Assembly: GCA_035707865.1 (NCBI GenBank)
Contig: DASSTO010000009.1
Coordinates: forward strand, 56,736 to 120,735
Origin: Longimicrobiaceae bacterium
Lineage (GTDB): Bacteria > Gemmatimonadota > Gemmatimonadetes > Longimicrobiales > Longimicrobiaceae
Reading direction: 5' to 3'
Length of the DNA: 64,000 nucleotides
A program made the translations under genes and the position numbers. This document shows, in pieces, positions 34,815-43,217 of this stretch; the first letter of the stretch is position 1, and each line of letters starts with the position of its first letter. The notes beneath the pieces were generated by a model, which saw only the letters and a list, made by a program, of their open reading frames with translations, was not told the DNA's origin and made no database searches.

Positions 34815-36278
34815 GTGCGCCCCGTGGACGAGTCCTTCCGTAAGGTCCTGATCGTCGAGGACGAGGCCAGCCTCCGCGAGAGCTGCGTCAGCGTGCTCCG
34901 ACACGAGGGCTACGACGTCAGCGCCGCCGGCCGGGGCGACGAGGCACGCGACCTCCTGCAGCGCGCGCCCTTCGACATCGTCCTCCTGGATCTGCACATG
35001 CCGCAGGTCTCCGGCATGGAGCTGCTCCGGATCTGCTTGCAGACGCACCCGGAGACGCTGGTCATCCTGATGACGGGGCAGCCGGACGTGGAGTCCAGCA
35101 TCGAAGCGCTGCGCGCCGGTGCCTGGGACTACCTGCCGAAGCCGTTCACCGCTGCGCACCTCCAGGTGCTCCTCGGCCGCGCCCGGCACACGCTCATGCT
35201 CTCGCAGCGCGCGCAGGACGAGAGCACCCGTCTCAACGAGCAGCACGGTCACAGCAGCTCGTCGACGCTGCTCGGGTGCTCCCCGGCGTTCGTGAACATG
35301 ATCCGCCTCGCGGAGAAGGTGGCGCGCACCGATGCATCCGTCTTCCTCACCGGGGAGAGCGGGAGCGGGAAGGAGGTCATCGCGCAGTTCATCCACCATC
35401 ACAGCCGCCGCAAGTCGCGCCCCATGGTCGCCGTCAATTGCGCCGCCCTCCCCGAGACGCTCCTCGAATCGGAGATGTTCGGCCACGTGAAGGGCGCCTT
35501 CACCGGCGCCGTGCGCGACAAGCCCGGCCTCCTGGAGACCGCGGACGACAGTACCTTCTTCCTGGACGAGCTGACGGAGATGGGCCAGTCCGTCCAGGCG
35601 AAGCTGCTCCGGGTCATCCAGGACGGAGTGGTGCGGCGCGTCGGGAGCGAGGTGACGGATGCCACGGTGAACGTCCGCTTCATCGCGGCCACCAACCGCG
35701 ACCCTCGCGAGGCGGTCGACGAGGGCATCCTGCGCAAGGACCTCTACTATCGCCTCTCCGTCGTTCCCATTCGAGTGCCGGCGCTCCGGGACCGCATAGA
35801 GGACATCCCCGTGCTCGCCAAGCACTTCCTCGCCGTCTACTGGAAGCGGCACCGGGACCGGACGGCCGCGCTGCCCACCTTCTCGGCCGCCGCGCTGCGC
35901 GGGCTGCAGGAGCGCCCGTGGCCCGGGAACGTGCGCGAGCTCCAGAACGTCATGGAGCACGCCGTGGTCCTCCTCGAGCCCGGCTCGGAGATCGGGCCGC
36001 AGGACATTCCCCACCTCGAGGGCGCGAACGGGGACGTGGGCGCACGCGGCGGCCTGCTCAACTGGAACGCGCTCGCGGCCGGCCTCGACGGCGAGTACCA
36101 CGAGGTGCGCGAGCGGGTGATCGCCGAGTTCGAGCTCCAGTATCTCACCCGATTGATCGATCAGGCGGGAGCCAACATGTCGCGTGCGGCGAAGATGGCG
36201 GGGGTGGACCGGACCACGCTCTATCGCCTGATGGACAAGCACGGTCTGCAGCGAGACACGATCATCAAGGCGCACTGA
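34815..36278 (+). CDS. sigma-54-dependent response regulator (NtrC family; PEP-CTERM-system PrsR-like)
   Basis: 487 aa, GTG start. REC (ILIVEDEA-type VLIVEDEA, VLLDLHMPQVSG), AAA+ (GESGSGKEV, ESEMFGH, GAFTGA, FLDEL) and a C-terminal Fis-type HTH (RAAKMAGVDRTTLYRLM). Confidence 0.9.
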   Translation: MRPVDESFRKVLIVEDEASLRESCVSVLRHEGYDVSAAGRGDEARDLLQRAPFDIVLLDLHMPQVSGMELLRICLQTHPETLVILMTGQPDVESSIEALRAGAWDYLPKPFTAAHLQVLLGRARHTLMLSQRAQDESTRLNEQHGHSSSSTLLGCSPAFVNMIRLAEKVARTDASVFLTGESGSGKEVIAQFIHHHSRRKSRPMVAVNCAALPETLLESEMFGHVKGAFTGAVRDKPGLLETADDSTFFLDELTEMGQSVQAKLLRVIQDGVVRRVGSEVTDATVNVRFIAATNRDPREAVDEGILRKDLYYRLSVVPIRVPALRDRIEDIPVLAKHFLAVYWKRHRDRTAALPTFSAAALRGLQERPWPGNVRELQNVMEHAVVLLEPGSEIGPQDIPHLEGANGDVGARGGLLNWNALAAGLDGEYHEVRERVIAEFELQYLTRLIDQAGANMSRAAKMAGVDRTTLYRLMDKHGLQRDTIIKAH

Positions 36279-36321
36279 CGCCGCGCCTTCCGCTTTCCAC
36301 CGACTACAGGCGAACAGGCCC

Positions 36322-37389
36322 GTGCCGGATCCCTCGCATCCTGTCTCGCCCCCGGCGCTGAGAGCCGCCGAGCGGGATCTCCTCCAGGAGATCGCCGATC
36401 GCGCTACGCTCTGGGGCGACCCGGACGAGTTGCGACGACGGCTGCGCGCGACGGTCGAGGCGATCGAGGAGGGCGGGCGTTCTCCCTGTCGCCCCGACTG
36501 CTCCGCCCTGGAGGTCGCCAGCTTCCACGGGATCCTGGAGCAGTTGCGGGCGCGGACGGTGGAGATCTGGTCGTGCTCCGATCCCGCGCCCGATCCGTCG
36601 GAGATGATCGCCCTGCTCCGCTCCATGGAGCGGATGCAGCAGAACCTCCAACCTCGAGACGCGCACGACTCGCTCTCCTCCCTCCTGGCGCTCGTGCGCG
36701 GGCCGGAGATGCTCTTCGAGTTCGCGCACGACCTCCGGTCCCCCCTCACCAGTATCCTCTTCCTCGTCGAGACGCTACGGCGCGGAGGCAGCGGTGAGCT
36801 GAATTCGCTCCAGCACCATCAGCTCGGCATCGTCTACAGCGCGGCCCTCAGCCTCATCTCGATGGCCGGCGACGTCCTCGACCTCTCACGCGGTGGCGAG
36901 CACCTCGCCCAGAAGGACCCCGCCGCGTTCTCCATCGCCTCGGTCTTCGAGTCCGTTCTCGACCTCGTCCGGCCGATGATGGATCAACGGGCGGTGGAGC
37001 TGCGCTCCGAATCGCCCGAGCACGACTCCCGAATGGGCTATCCGGTGGCGCTCGGTCGGGTGCTCCTCAACCTCACCACCAACGCCCTCAAATCCACCGA
37101 CCGCGGGTTCGTCGAGCTGGCCGCCCGCGACACCGTGGGCGACGTCGTGGAGTTCTCCGTGCGCGACTCGGGGCGCGGGATCGATCCCGAGGTGATCCCG
37201 ACGCTCTTCGAGCCCTTCCAGTCGCGCGGCGGCATTCAGCGCATCAGCTTCTCCAGCGCCGGCCTCGGCCTCTGGATCTGCCGCAGGCTCATCCGCGCGA
37301 TGGGCGGCGAACTCGCCTTCGAGACCGCGCCCGAGCAGGGAACCCGCTTCCACTTCGAGCTGCCCCTCCCCTCCGCTCCGCTGGTCTGA
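36322..37389 (+). CDS. soluble sensor histidine kinase
   Basis: 355 aa, GTG start, no TM helix. H-box FAHDLRSPLTSI. N/G boxes NLTTNALKST, DSGRGI, GLGLWICR. Confidence 0.85.
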   Translation: MPDPSHPVSPPALRAAERDLLQEIADRATLWGDPDELRRRLRATVEAIEEGGRSPCRPDCSALEVASFHGILEQLRARTVEIWSCSDPAPDPSEMIALLRSMERMQQNLQPRDAHDSLSSLLALVRGPEMLFEFAHDLRSPLTSILFLVETLRRGGSGELNSLQHHQLGIVYSAALSLISMAGDVLDLSRGGEHLAQKDPAAFSIASVFESVLDLVRPMMDQRAVELRSESPEHDSRMGYPVALGRVLLNLTTNALKSTDRGFVELAARDTVGDVVEFSVRDSGRGIDPEVIPTLFEPFQSRGGIQRISFSSAGLGLWICRRLIRAMGGELAFETAPEQGTRFHFELPLPSAPLV

Positions 37390-37611
37390 TCGGGGATCTC
37401 TCCCGCACTTGTTGCGTCCCCCCCACACTGGTGGTCCAGCCGCTACGTTCCCGATTTCCCCGCCGGCCGACGCACTGATTCGCTAAACCATATTCTCGAA
37501 AGAAATTACAGAACTGCTCGCCGCTCCCTGCTGCGAGAGCACGCGCGTTGCGTTATCCTGGGCGCCGAAGCAAGGTGTTCTCGCGTTCAATCGGTTCCCG
37601 GAGCAAACCGT

Positions 37612-38379
37612 ATGAATCCTGCAGCAGACGTGGTGGTGCGCCAACGAGAGGAAGGCGAACTGGTCGGTTACGAGGTCGCCGCACTCACGCTGAATCCCAT
37701 GCCCGCCCGCCCGCCGCGATGGGTGGACTGGACGGCCCAGGGCGTTCTCGACCTCCGCCGCGCCATCAACGTGGTCGTCGCTGCGGTAGCGCTGATCCTC
37801 CTCTCTCCGCTCCTGCTCCTGATCGCCGTCCTGGTGAAGCTTAGCTCGCCGGGCCCCGTCATCTACCGCCAGACCCGCGTCGGGATCGACCGCCGCAGGG
37901 GAGAGAACCCGTACTGGCAGCTGCGGAGGCGCGTGGACTACGGTGGGCGTCTCTTCACGATCTACAAGTTCCGGACGATGCGCCCGCAGGCGGGCCCCAC
38001 GCACGAGGTGTGGGCGCGGCCGGACGACGATCGGGTGACGGCGGTGGGCCGCGTTTTGCGGAAGTACCGCCTCGACGAGCTCCCGCAGCTCGTGAACGTG
38101 CTGAAGGGTGACATGAACATCGTCGGGCCGCGCCCGGAGCAGCCCAGGATCTTCATGGACCTGCGCGAGCAGATCGGGGGCTACGCCGACCGGCAGCGCG
38201 TGCTGCCGGGAATCACGGGCTGGGCTCAGATCAACCAGAGCTACGACACCTCGATCGACGACGTGCGTCGGAAGGTGCGTTACGACCTGGAGTACATCCA
38301 TCGGCAGTCCACCCTGCAGGACCTCCAGATCCTGATGCGGACCGTGCCGGTAATGCTGTTCAAGAAAGGAGCTTGGTGA
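37612..38379 (+). CDS. undecaprenyl-phosphate sugar-phosphate transferase (bacterial sugar transferase family, priming enzyme)
   Basis: 255 aa. One TM helix, then SSPGPVIYRQTRVG, YKFRTM, DELPQLVNVLKGDMNIVGPRP. Preceded by an AT-rich 170-nt spacer. Confidence 0.9.
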   Translation: MNPAADVVVRQREEGELVGYEVAALTLNPMPARPPRWVDWTAQGVLDLRRAINVVVAAVALILLSPLLLLIAVLVKLSSPGPVIYRQTRVGIDRRRGENPYWQLRRRVDYGGRLFTIYKFRTMRPQAGPTHEVWARPDDDRVTAVGRVLRKYRLDELPQLVNVLKGDMNIVGPRPEQPRIFMDLREQIGGYADRQRVLPGITGWAQINQSYDTSIDDVRRKVRYDLEYIHRQSTLQDLQILMRTVPVMLFKKGAW

Positions 38380-39266
38380 GCACAGTCGCAGTCGCCACAC
38401 CGGTCGAGCGCGAGCGGGCCGCCGCGGCGGCGAGCCGCGGAAGGGCGGTGCTCCCGTGGGTAGCCACGGGAGCCGCCTTTCTGGTGCTTTTCGCAGGTCC
38501 CATGGCGGATCTGGCGAAGCAGTGGTGGACGGACCCGAACGCCGGGCACGGCCTCCTGCTCGCCCCGATCGCCCTCTACCTCGCGTGGCGCACCGGCGTG
38601 AGGCCGGATGCGAAGGGCCAGCCGGTGCTGGGGCTGTGTCTGCTCGTGGTCTCGGTGCTCCTGCGCTACGTCGGAGCGCTCGCGGCCGAGCTCTTCACCA
38701 TGCGCACGTCGCTGGTGGGCGCCATCGTCGCGCTCATCGTCTTCGCGTGGGGCGCGCGCCAGCTCGTGCGCTGGTGGCTCCCGCTGACGCTCGTCGTGCT
38801 CTCGGTCCCGCTGCCGACGGTGGTGCTGAACTCGGCGGCCTTCCCGCTGCAGCTCGAGGCGTCGAAGATGGGAGCCGCGCTGCTCGCGTGGCGACAGATC
38901 CCGGTGCTGCTCGATGGGAACGTGATCCGGCTGCCGGGGCACACGCTCTTCGTCACCGAGGCGTGCAGCGGCCTGCGGTCGCTGGCCGCGCTCGTCGCCC
39001 TGGGCGTGCTCATCGCCGGCCTCTGGCTGAAGAAGCCGCCGGTGCGCCTGCTGCTGATCGCCGCGGCCATCCCGGTGGCGATCCTGCTCAACGGGATCCG
39101 GGTCTTTCTCACGGGCTTCCTGGTCTTCTTCGTCGACCCGAAGCTGGGCGAGGGCTTCATGCACCTGACCGAGGGCTGGATCATCTTCGTCTTCGCCTTC
39201 GCCATCCTGGGCGGCCTCGCCTGGGTGCTGGTGCGCCTGGAGCGGCTGTGGGGGAGGGCGGCATGA
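38373..39266 (+). CDS. exosortase (EpsH/Xrt family)
   Basis: 297 aa (TTG 38373, or GTG 38376 overlapping the upstream TGA). Polytopic membrane protein with the catalytic triad context TEACSGLRSL, LLNGIRVFLTG, HLTEGW. Confidence 0.9.
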   Translation: MVSTVAVATPVERERAAAAASRGRAVLPWVATGAAFLVLFAGPMADLAKQWWTDPNAGHGLLLAPIALYLAWRTGVRPDAKGQPVLGLCLLVVSVLLRYVGALAAELFTMRTSLVGAIVALIVFAWGARQLVRWWLPLTLVVLSVPLPTVVLNSAAFPLQLEASKMGAALLAWRQIPVLLDGNVIRLPGHTLFVTEACSGLRSLAALVALGVLIAGLWLKKPPVRLLLIAAAIPVAILLNGIRVFLTGFLVFFVDPKLGEGFMHLTEGWIIFVFAFAILGGLAWVLVRLERLWGRAA

Positions 39267-39907
39267 GCACGCGACTGATGAGCTGGGCTCCCGCTTCGGT
39301 GCTCCTCGTGGGCGTGCTCGCGGTCTCCGGCGGCATCCGCGACCAGGTGAGCATGCCGCTGCGCGCTCCGCTCGCCACGAGCATCCCGACGCAGCTGGCG
39401 GGATACAGCGCGCGCGATCTCCCGATTTCGGAGGCGGAGCAGCGAGTCGCCGGCATGGACAGCTACGTGCTTCGCGAGTACACTGCACCGGGTGCCGCGG
39501 CGGCGGCCTTCTCCGTGTACGTGGGCTATTACCAGCGGCAGTACCAGGGCCACACGATCCACTCCCCCAAGAATTGCCTGCCGGGGGCGGGGTGGGAGCC
39601 GCTGGTGGCGGCGGTGCAGACGATCTCCGGTCCTCGCGGCCCGGTGCCGGTCAACCGGTACCTGATCGCCAACGGGCCGGCGCATGCTCTGGTGCTCTAC
39701 TGGTACCAGGGCCGGGGCCGGGTGACCGCGAACGAATACCGGGTCAAGTGGAATCTGCTCCAGGACCAGGCGATCCGCGGCCGGAGCGACGAATCGCTGG
39801 TGCGGGTGGTCGTCCCGGTGACCGGGAGTGAGCAGGAGGCGGACAGCCTGGCGGTGGAGGTGGCACAGCGCCTGCTTCCCGCCGTCGGCCGGGCACTTCC
39901 CAGCTGA
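39263..39907 (+). CDS. EpsI-family exosortase-associated protein
   Basis: 214 aa. ATGA overlap with the exosortase stop. N-terminal anchor, then ...YVGYYQRQYQGHTIHSPKNCLPGAGWE...LVLYWYQGRGRV..NEY..K, the EpsI pattern. Confidence 0.8.
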   Translation: MSTRLMSWAPASVLLVGVLAVSGGIRDQVSMPLRAPLATSIPTQLAGYSARDLPISEAEQRVAGMDSYVLREYTAPGAAAAAFSVYVGYYQRQYQGHTIHSPKNCLPGAGWEPLVAAVQTISGPRGPVPVNRYLIANGPAHALVLYWYQGRGRVTANEYRVKWNLLQDQAIRGRSDESLVRVVVPVTGSEQEADSLAVEVAQRLLPAVGRALPS

Positions 39908-40084
39908 GTGAGGGCCGAGCCATGAGCATGGACCATCGCGACAACCTCAGCCGCGCACCGCCGACTCTGCAGGCCCCATCCCGCAGCCGATGGGAAGGAG
40001 GTGGCGAACCGGAGTTCTGAAAAGCGCCGCCACGCCACTCATCCATGAGAGGCAGTTTCGGGTACCCTCACTCAGGGAAGACAC

Positions 40085-40801
40085 ATGTCAAGAGGCAGAC
40101 TCACATGGTCGTACGCCAAAGGCTTCGCGGCCCTGGCGCTTACGGCCGCTGCGTCGCTCGTCACCGCAGGTGGTGCGAGCGCGCAGATATTCATCATCGG
40201 CAACGCCACGGGCTGCTTCGGCCTGGGCTGTGTGCCTGCCGAGGCGGCGGCGACCGTTGTCAACGGCGTCCCGCTCAGCTACACCAGCCTGGTGCCGACC
40301 GACTTCACCGGCATCACCGCCGGCGGGCAGCTCGCGATCAACACGACGGGCACTTCGACGACCGGTAACTTCGGGAAGATCAGCGTCGGTACCGCACTGT
40401 CGAACAAGACGATCAGCTCGCCGTTCTCGTTGCTGGTCTCCTTCGGTAACCCGCTGACGGCGGACCAGAGCTTCACGGCGCTGATCAGCGGCGTCGTCCA
40501 GTCTCTCGGTACCGGCGGGATCACGCTGGACTTCAACCCGGCGGTCTCCGGGCCGGCGAACATCAACTACACGACGGACTGGCAGTCGTTCTTCGATCCG
40601 CTCAGCGGTAGGAGCGGCATGCTCCGCACCACGGCCAACGGTACGTTCATCCCCTCCGGTGGAGATGGCGAGATCGCGGGCCTGATCGAGGTGGCGAGCG
40701 TGACTCCCGAGCCCGCTTCCATGATGTTGCTCGGAACGGGTCTCTTCGGCCTCATCGGAGTGACGCGTCGCCGTCGCAAGCAGCAGGTCTCTCTCACGTA
40801 G
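40085..40801 (+). CDS. PEP-CTERM sorting-domain protein
   Basis: 238 aa. Signal peptide ...TAGGASAQ. C-terminus SVTPEPASMMLLGTGLFGLIGVTRRRRKQ. Confidence 0.85.
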   Translation: MSRGRLTWSYAKGFAALALTAAASLVTAGGASAQIFIIGNATGCFGLGCVPAEAAATVVNGVPLSYTSLVPTDFTGITAGGQLAINTTGTSTTGNFGKISVGTALSNKTISSPFSLLVSFGNPLTADQSFTALISGVVQSLGTGGITLDFNPAVSGPANINYTTDWQSFFDPLSGRSGMLRTTANGTFIPSGGDGEIAGLIEVASVTPEPASMMLLGTGLFGLIGVTRRRRKQQVSLT

Positions 40802-40911
40802 TCGAGGCGCTTCAGCTGGCTCCGCGGTCGGCCGTGCCGATCGCGGAGCTGGTGGGCGAGGCGCAGGGGGCCGGGCACGCTCGTGCCGCTCGCAACTCAT
40901 TCCGGACATCG

Positions 40912-41472
40912 ATGAACTACAGTTCTCTGGACCGCGGTGGCCTGCGACATCTCGTCGGGCCGCTGTACGCCACGGCGGTGATGCTCGTCGTGATCCCGCT
41001 CTCGGACCTCGGCGGGGCGCTCGGCTGGAAGATGCTCCCGCACGCGATCAACTGGCGAACCGGCGCGGTCGGGCTGTTCAGCGGCACCGTCCTCACGCCG
41101 GCGCTGGGGCTCGTGATCGCGGTCATCACCGCATCCCTCTTCGGCCACCGGTGGGCGCAGCGGGTTCTCACCGTCGTCGTCGGCCTCGCCGCCCTGGTAC
41201 TCTTCGCCATCCTGGCGGGCTTCATCCTCGACGCCATCCAGCTCCGGGCGATGGTGGCGGACGCGACGATGCGCCACTCCTTCACCGCCGCGGTCGTCAA
41301 GGCGACGATCAACCTCGTCGTCGCCGCCGTGACCCTCGCGATCGTCTGCGTCGGCGCCTTCCGGGCGGGGCGGCAGCGCGACCGGGCCGAAGCCGCCACC
41401 AAGCGCCCGGAGCCAGCGCCGACCCCCCTGCTGAGAACGCCACAGCGCCCGCTGCCCGAGAGCGGCGCGTGA
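40912..41472 (+). CDS. hypothetical 4-TM membrane protein
   Basis: 186 aa from ATG 40912. Four clear hydrophobic helices and a basic/Pro-rich tail. Confidence 0.55.
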   Translation: MNYSSLDRGGLRHLVGPLYATAVMLVVIPLSDLGGALGWKMLPHAINWRTGAVGLFSGTVLTPALGLVIAVITASLFGHRWAQRVLTVVVGLAALVLFAILAGFILDAIQLRAMVADATMRHSFTAAVVKATINLVVAAVTLAIVCVGAFRAGRQRDRAEAATKRPEPAPTPLLRTPQRPLPESGA

Positions 41473-41646
41473 ATGCCGCCGCGGCGAGCTTCAGAAGGTC
41501 TCTCGCATCTCTCCGGGCCCCCTACCCGCCAGCATTCCCGCGTTCGCGCGAACGGGGGGGCCGTGGCAGCGTCGGAGGTGCGTCCTCCTGGCTCCAGGTC
41601 CCTCCACACCGGCCTCCGTGATCGGCGCTGGAGATACACGCAAGGG

Positions 41647-41675
41647 TTGACGTCGTCCGTGCGCCACAGTATCTT
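41647..41675 (+). promoter_or_regulatory. sigma-70-like promoter TTGACG-N17-TATCTT
   Basis: -35 at 41647-41652 and -10 at 41670-41675. Lies ~300 nt upstream of riboswitch 1. Confidence 0.45.
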
Positions 41676-41981
41676 GACGCCCGCTGTCCGGCCCGAGTCA
41701 AGGCCGCAGGTCATACAGCGAGCGGGCGCGTGAGTCCCCCGGTTCTCCAGAGAGCGAGCGGGGGGCTCGTCCCGGAAAGCACTTCATACGACCGGAAAGA
41801 AGTTCCTGTTCGACGGCGGCACCATCGCTCGTCGAATCATACCGCCGGAGCGCGCATCCCCTGGCCGCGCAGAGAGTTAGGCCCGGGTAGACGCGATGGA
41901 TCGACAGGGGCATCCGGGTTGCCTCCATCGGCCGCACCGGTGACTTCCAGTCGTTCGGGTGATCGGTTCAGATTCCGTCGA

Positions 41982-42080
41982 GTTGCTGCTCAGAGCAAAC
42001 CCACCGAAAGGCGGGGACGCAGAGTCAAGGGGCTACAGCGGAGGGTGCTTCTCCGCCACGCTCGCCTGGCCGCCAGCGAC
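41982..42080 (+). ncRNA. c-di-GMP-I (GEMM-I)-like riboswitch aptamer, copy 1
   Basis: GUUGCUG-CUCAGAGCAAACC-CACC GAAA GGCGG-GGACGCAGAGUCAAGGGGCUAC-AGCGGAG(GGUGCUU)CUCCGC-CACGCUCGCCUGGCCGC-CAGCGAC. Matches the Vc2-type core, with a GAAA hairpin and a 7-bp closing helix. See findings. Confidence 0.8.
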
Positions 42081-42082
42081 GT

Positions 42083-42112
42083 ACTCCTTTGCCCCGGTGG
42101 TGGCAAAGGAGT
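42083..42112 (+). promoter_or_regulatory. anti-SD / decoy-SD hairpin (expression platform candidate)
   Basis: ACUCCUUUGCC (42083-42093) pairs perfectly with GGCAAAGGAGU (42102-42112). CUCCUUUG is also complementary to the true RBS CAAAGGAG (42214-42221). Confidence 0.5.
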
Positions 42113-42227
42113 CAGCGCTGGCGGCCTTTTGCGTTCCAGCGCTCCACAATCCACGCAGATCGATCGTCGCGGGAGGCGGGCCAATCAGGGTCCCCTCGAA
42201 TCATCCGTCCTTCCAAAGGAGAGCCTC

Positions 42228-43193
42228 ATGAAGCCTGGGCAGCAGTGGAAAAGGTGGGCCGCAATCCTGACGCTCGGAGTCGTTGCCGGGGCATGCAGCG
42301 ACCAGTCCCCGACCGCAATTCAGACCCCGCTCTCGACGACCGAGGTGTCGGCTTCGACCTCGTCGCTCTCGGTCGCGAGGGTGATCGTCTATCCGTTCTC
42401 CTACACGCTCAAGCTGGGCCAGTACAAGCAGCTGATCGCGGTGCCGAAGGATGCGTCGGGGAATACCCTGAGCCTGGTCGGGCGGAGCGTCTCGTGGAAG
42501 AGCTCGAATCCGGCCGTCGCAACCGTGTACAAGGGCAACGTGAGAGCCAGGGGCGCCGGCACCGTCACGATCACGGCGACGGTGGACGGAGTCAGGGGGA
42601 CGACGAAGATCACCGTGAAGGCGCCGATCAGCGTGGCCTCGGTCACGCTCACGCCCTCCAGCGGGAGCGTCCAGGTGGGCCAGTATCTCCAGCTCCATGC
42701 GACGCCGAAGGACGCCAGCGGAAATCCCGTCAGCGGCCAGACGGTCACCTGGTCCAGCTCGAACCCCGCGATCGCGAAGGTCTACTCGAACGGTCTGGTC
42801 CAGGCCGTGAGCGCGGGCTCGGTGACGATCTCGGCCACCGCGGGCGGAAAGACCGGTCACGCCGCCATCACGGTGACCACGGCGCCGGTCGTGTCGGCGC
42901 CGTCGTCCTCGACCCCTTCCACCTCTGACGTCGCGTCGGTTGTGGTCTACCCGACGATCTACAGCCTCACGGTCGGCCAGTACAAGCAGATGATCGCGGT
43001 GCCGCGGGACGCCTCGGGGCACACCATGAGCCTGGTCGGCCGCACCGTCGTGTGGAGCAGCTCGAACCCGGCCGTGGCGACCGTCAGCGCGTCGGGCCTG
43101 GTGGTCGCCAAGAGCGTGGGCGTGGTCACGATCAAGGCGACGGTGGACGGAACCGTGGGGACGGCGAAGATCACCTCGGCGCTGCCGTACTGA
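42228..43193 (+). CDS. lipoprotein with three Big_2 Ig-like domains
   Basis: 321 aa. AAGGAG lies 6 nt upstream of ATG 42228. Lipobox VVAGAC. Three repeats of (Y/L).(L/V)..GQY.Q(L/M).A.P.DASGN.....V.W.SSNPA(V/I)A.V...G.V.A...G.VTI.AT..G. Confidence 0.85.
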   Translation: MKPGQQWKRWAAILTLGVVAGACSDQSPTAIQTPLSTTEVSASTSSLSVARVIVYPFSYTLKLGQYKQLIAVPKDASGNTLSLVGRSVSWKSSNPAVATVYKGNVRARGAGTVTITATVDGVRGTTKITVKAPISVASVTLTPSSGSVQVGQYLQLHATPKDASGNPVSGQTVTWSSSNPAIAKVYSNGLVQAVSAGSVTISATAGGKTGHAAITVTTAPVVSAPSSSTPSTSDVASVVVYPTIYSLTVGQYKQMIAVPRDASGHTMSLVGRTVVWSSSNPAVATVSASGLVVAKSVGVVTIKATVDGTVGTAKITSALPY

Positions 43194-43217
43194 ACCTTCT
43201 CACGAAGAACTCCTCCG

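Noticed and set aside
34617-36749. 710-aa minus-strand ORF antisense to the sigma-54 activator and kinase
   Set aside because: The plus-strand frames carry complete REC/AAA+/HTH and HisKA/HATPase signatures. The antisense translation is low complexity.
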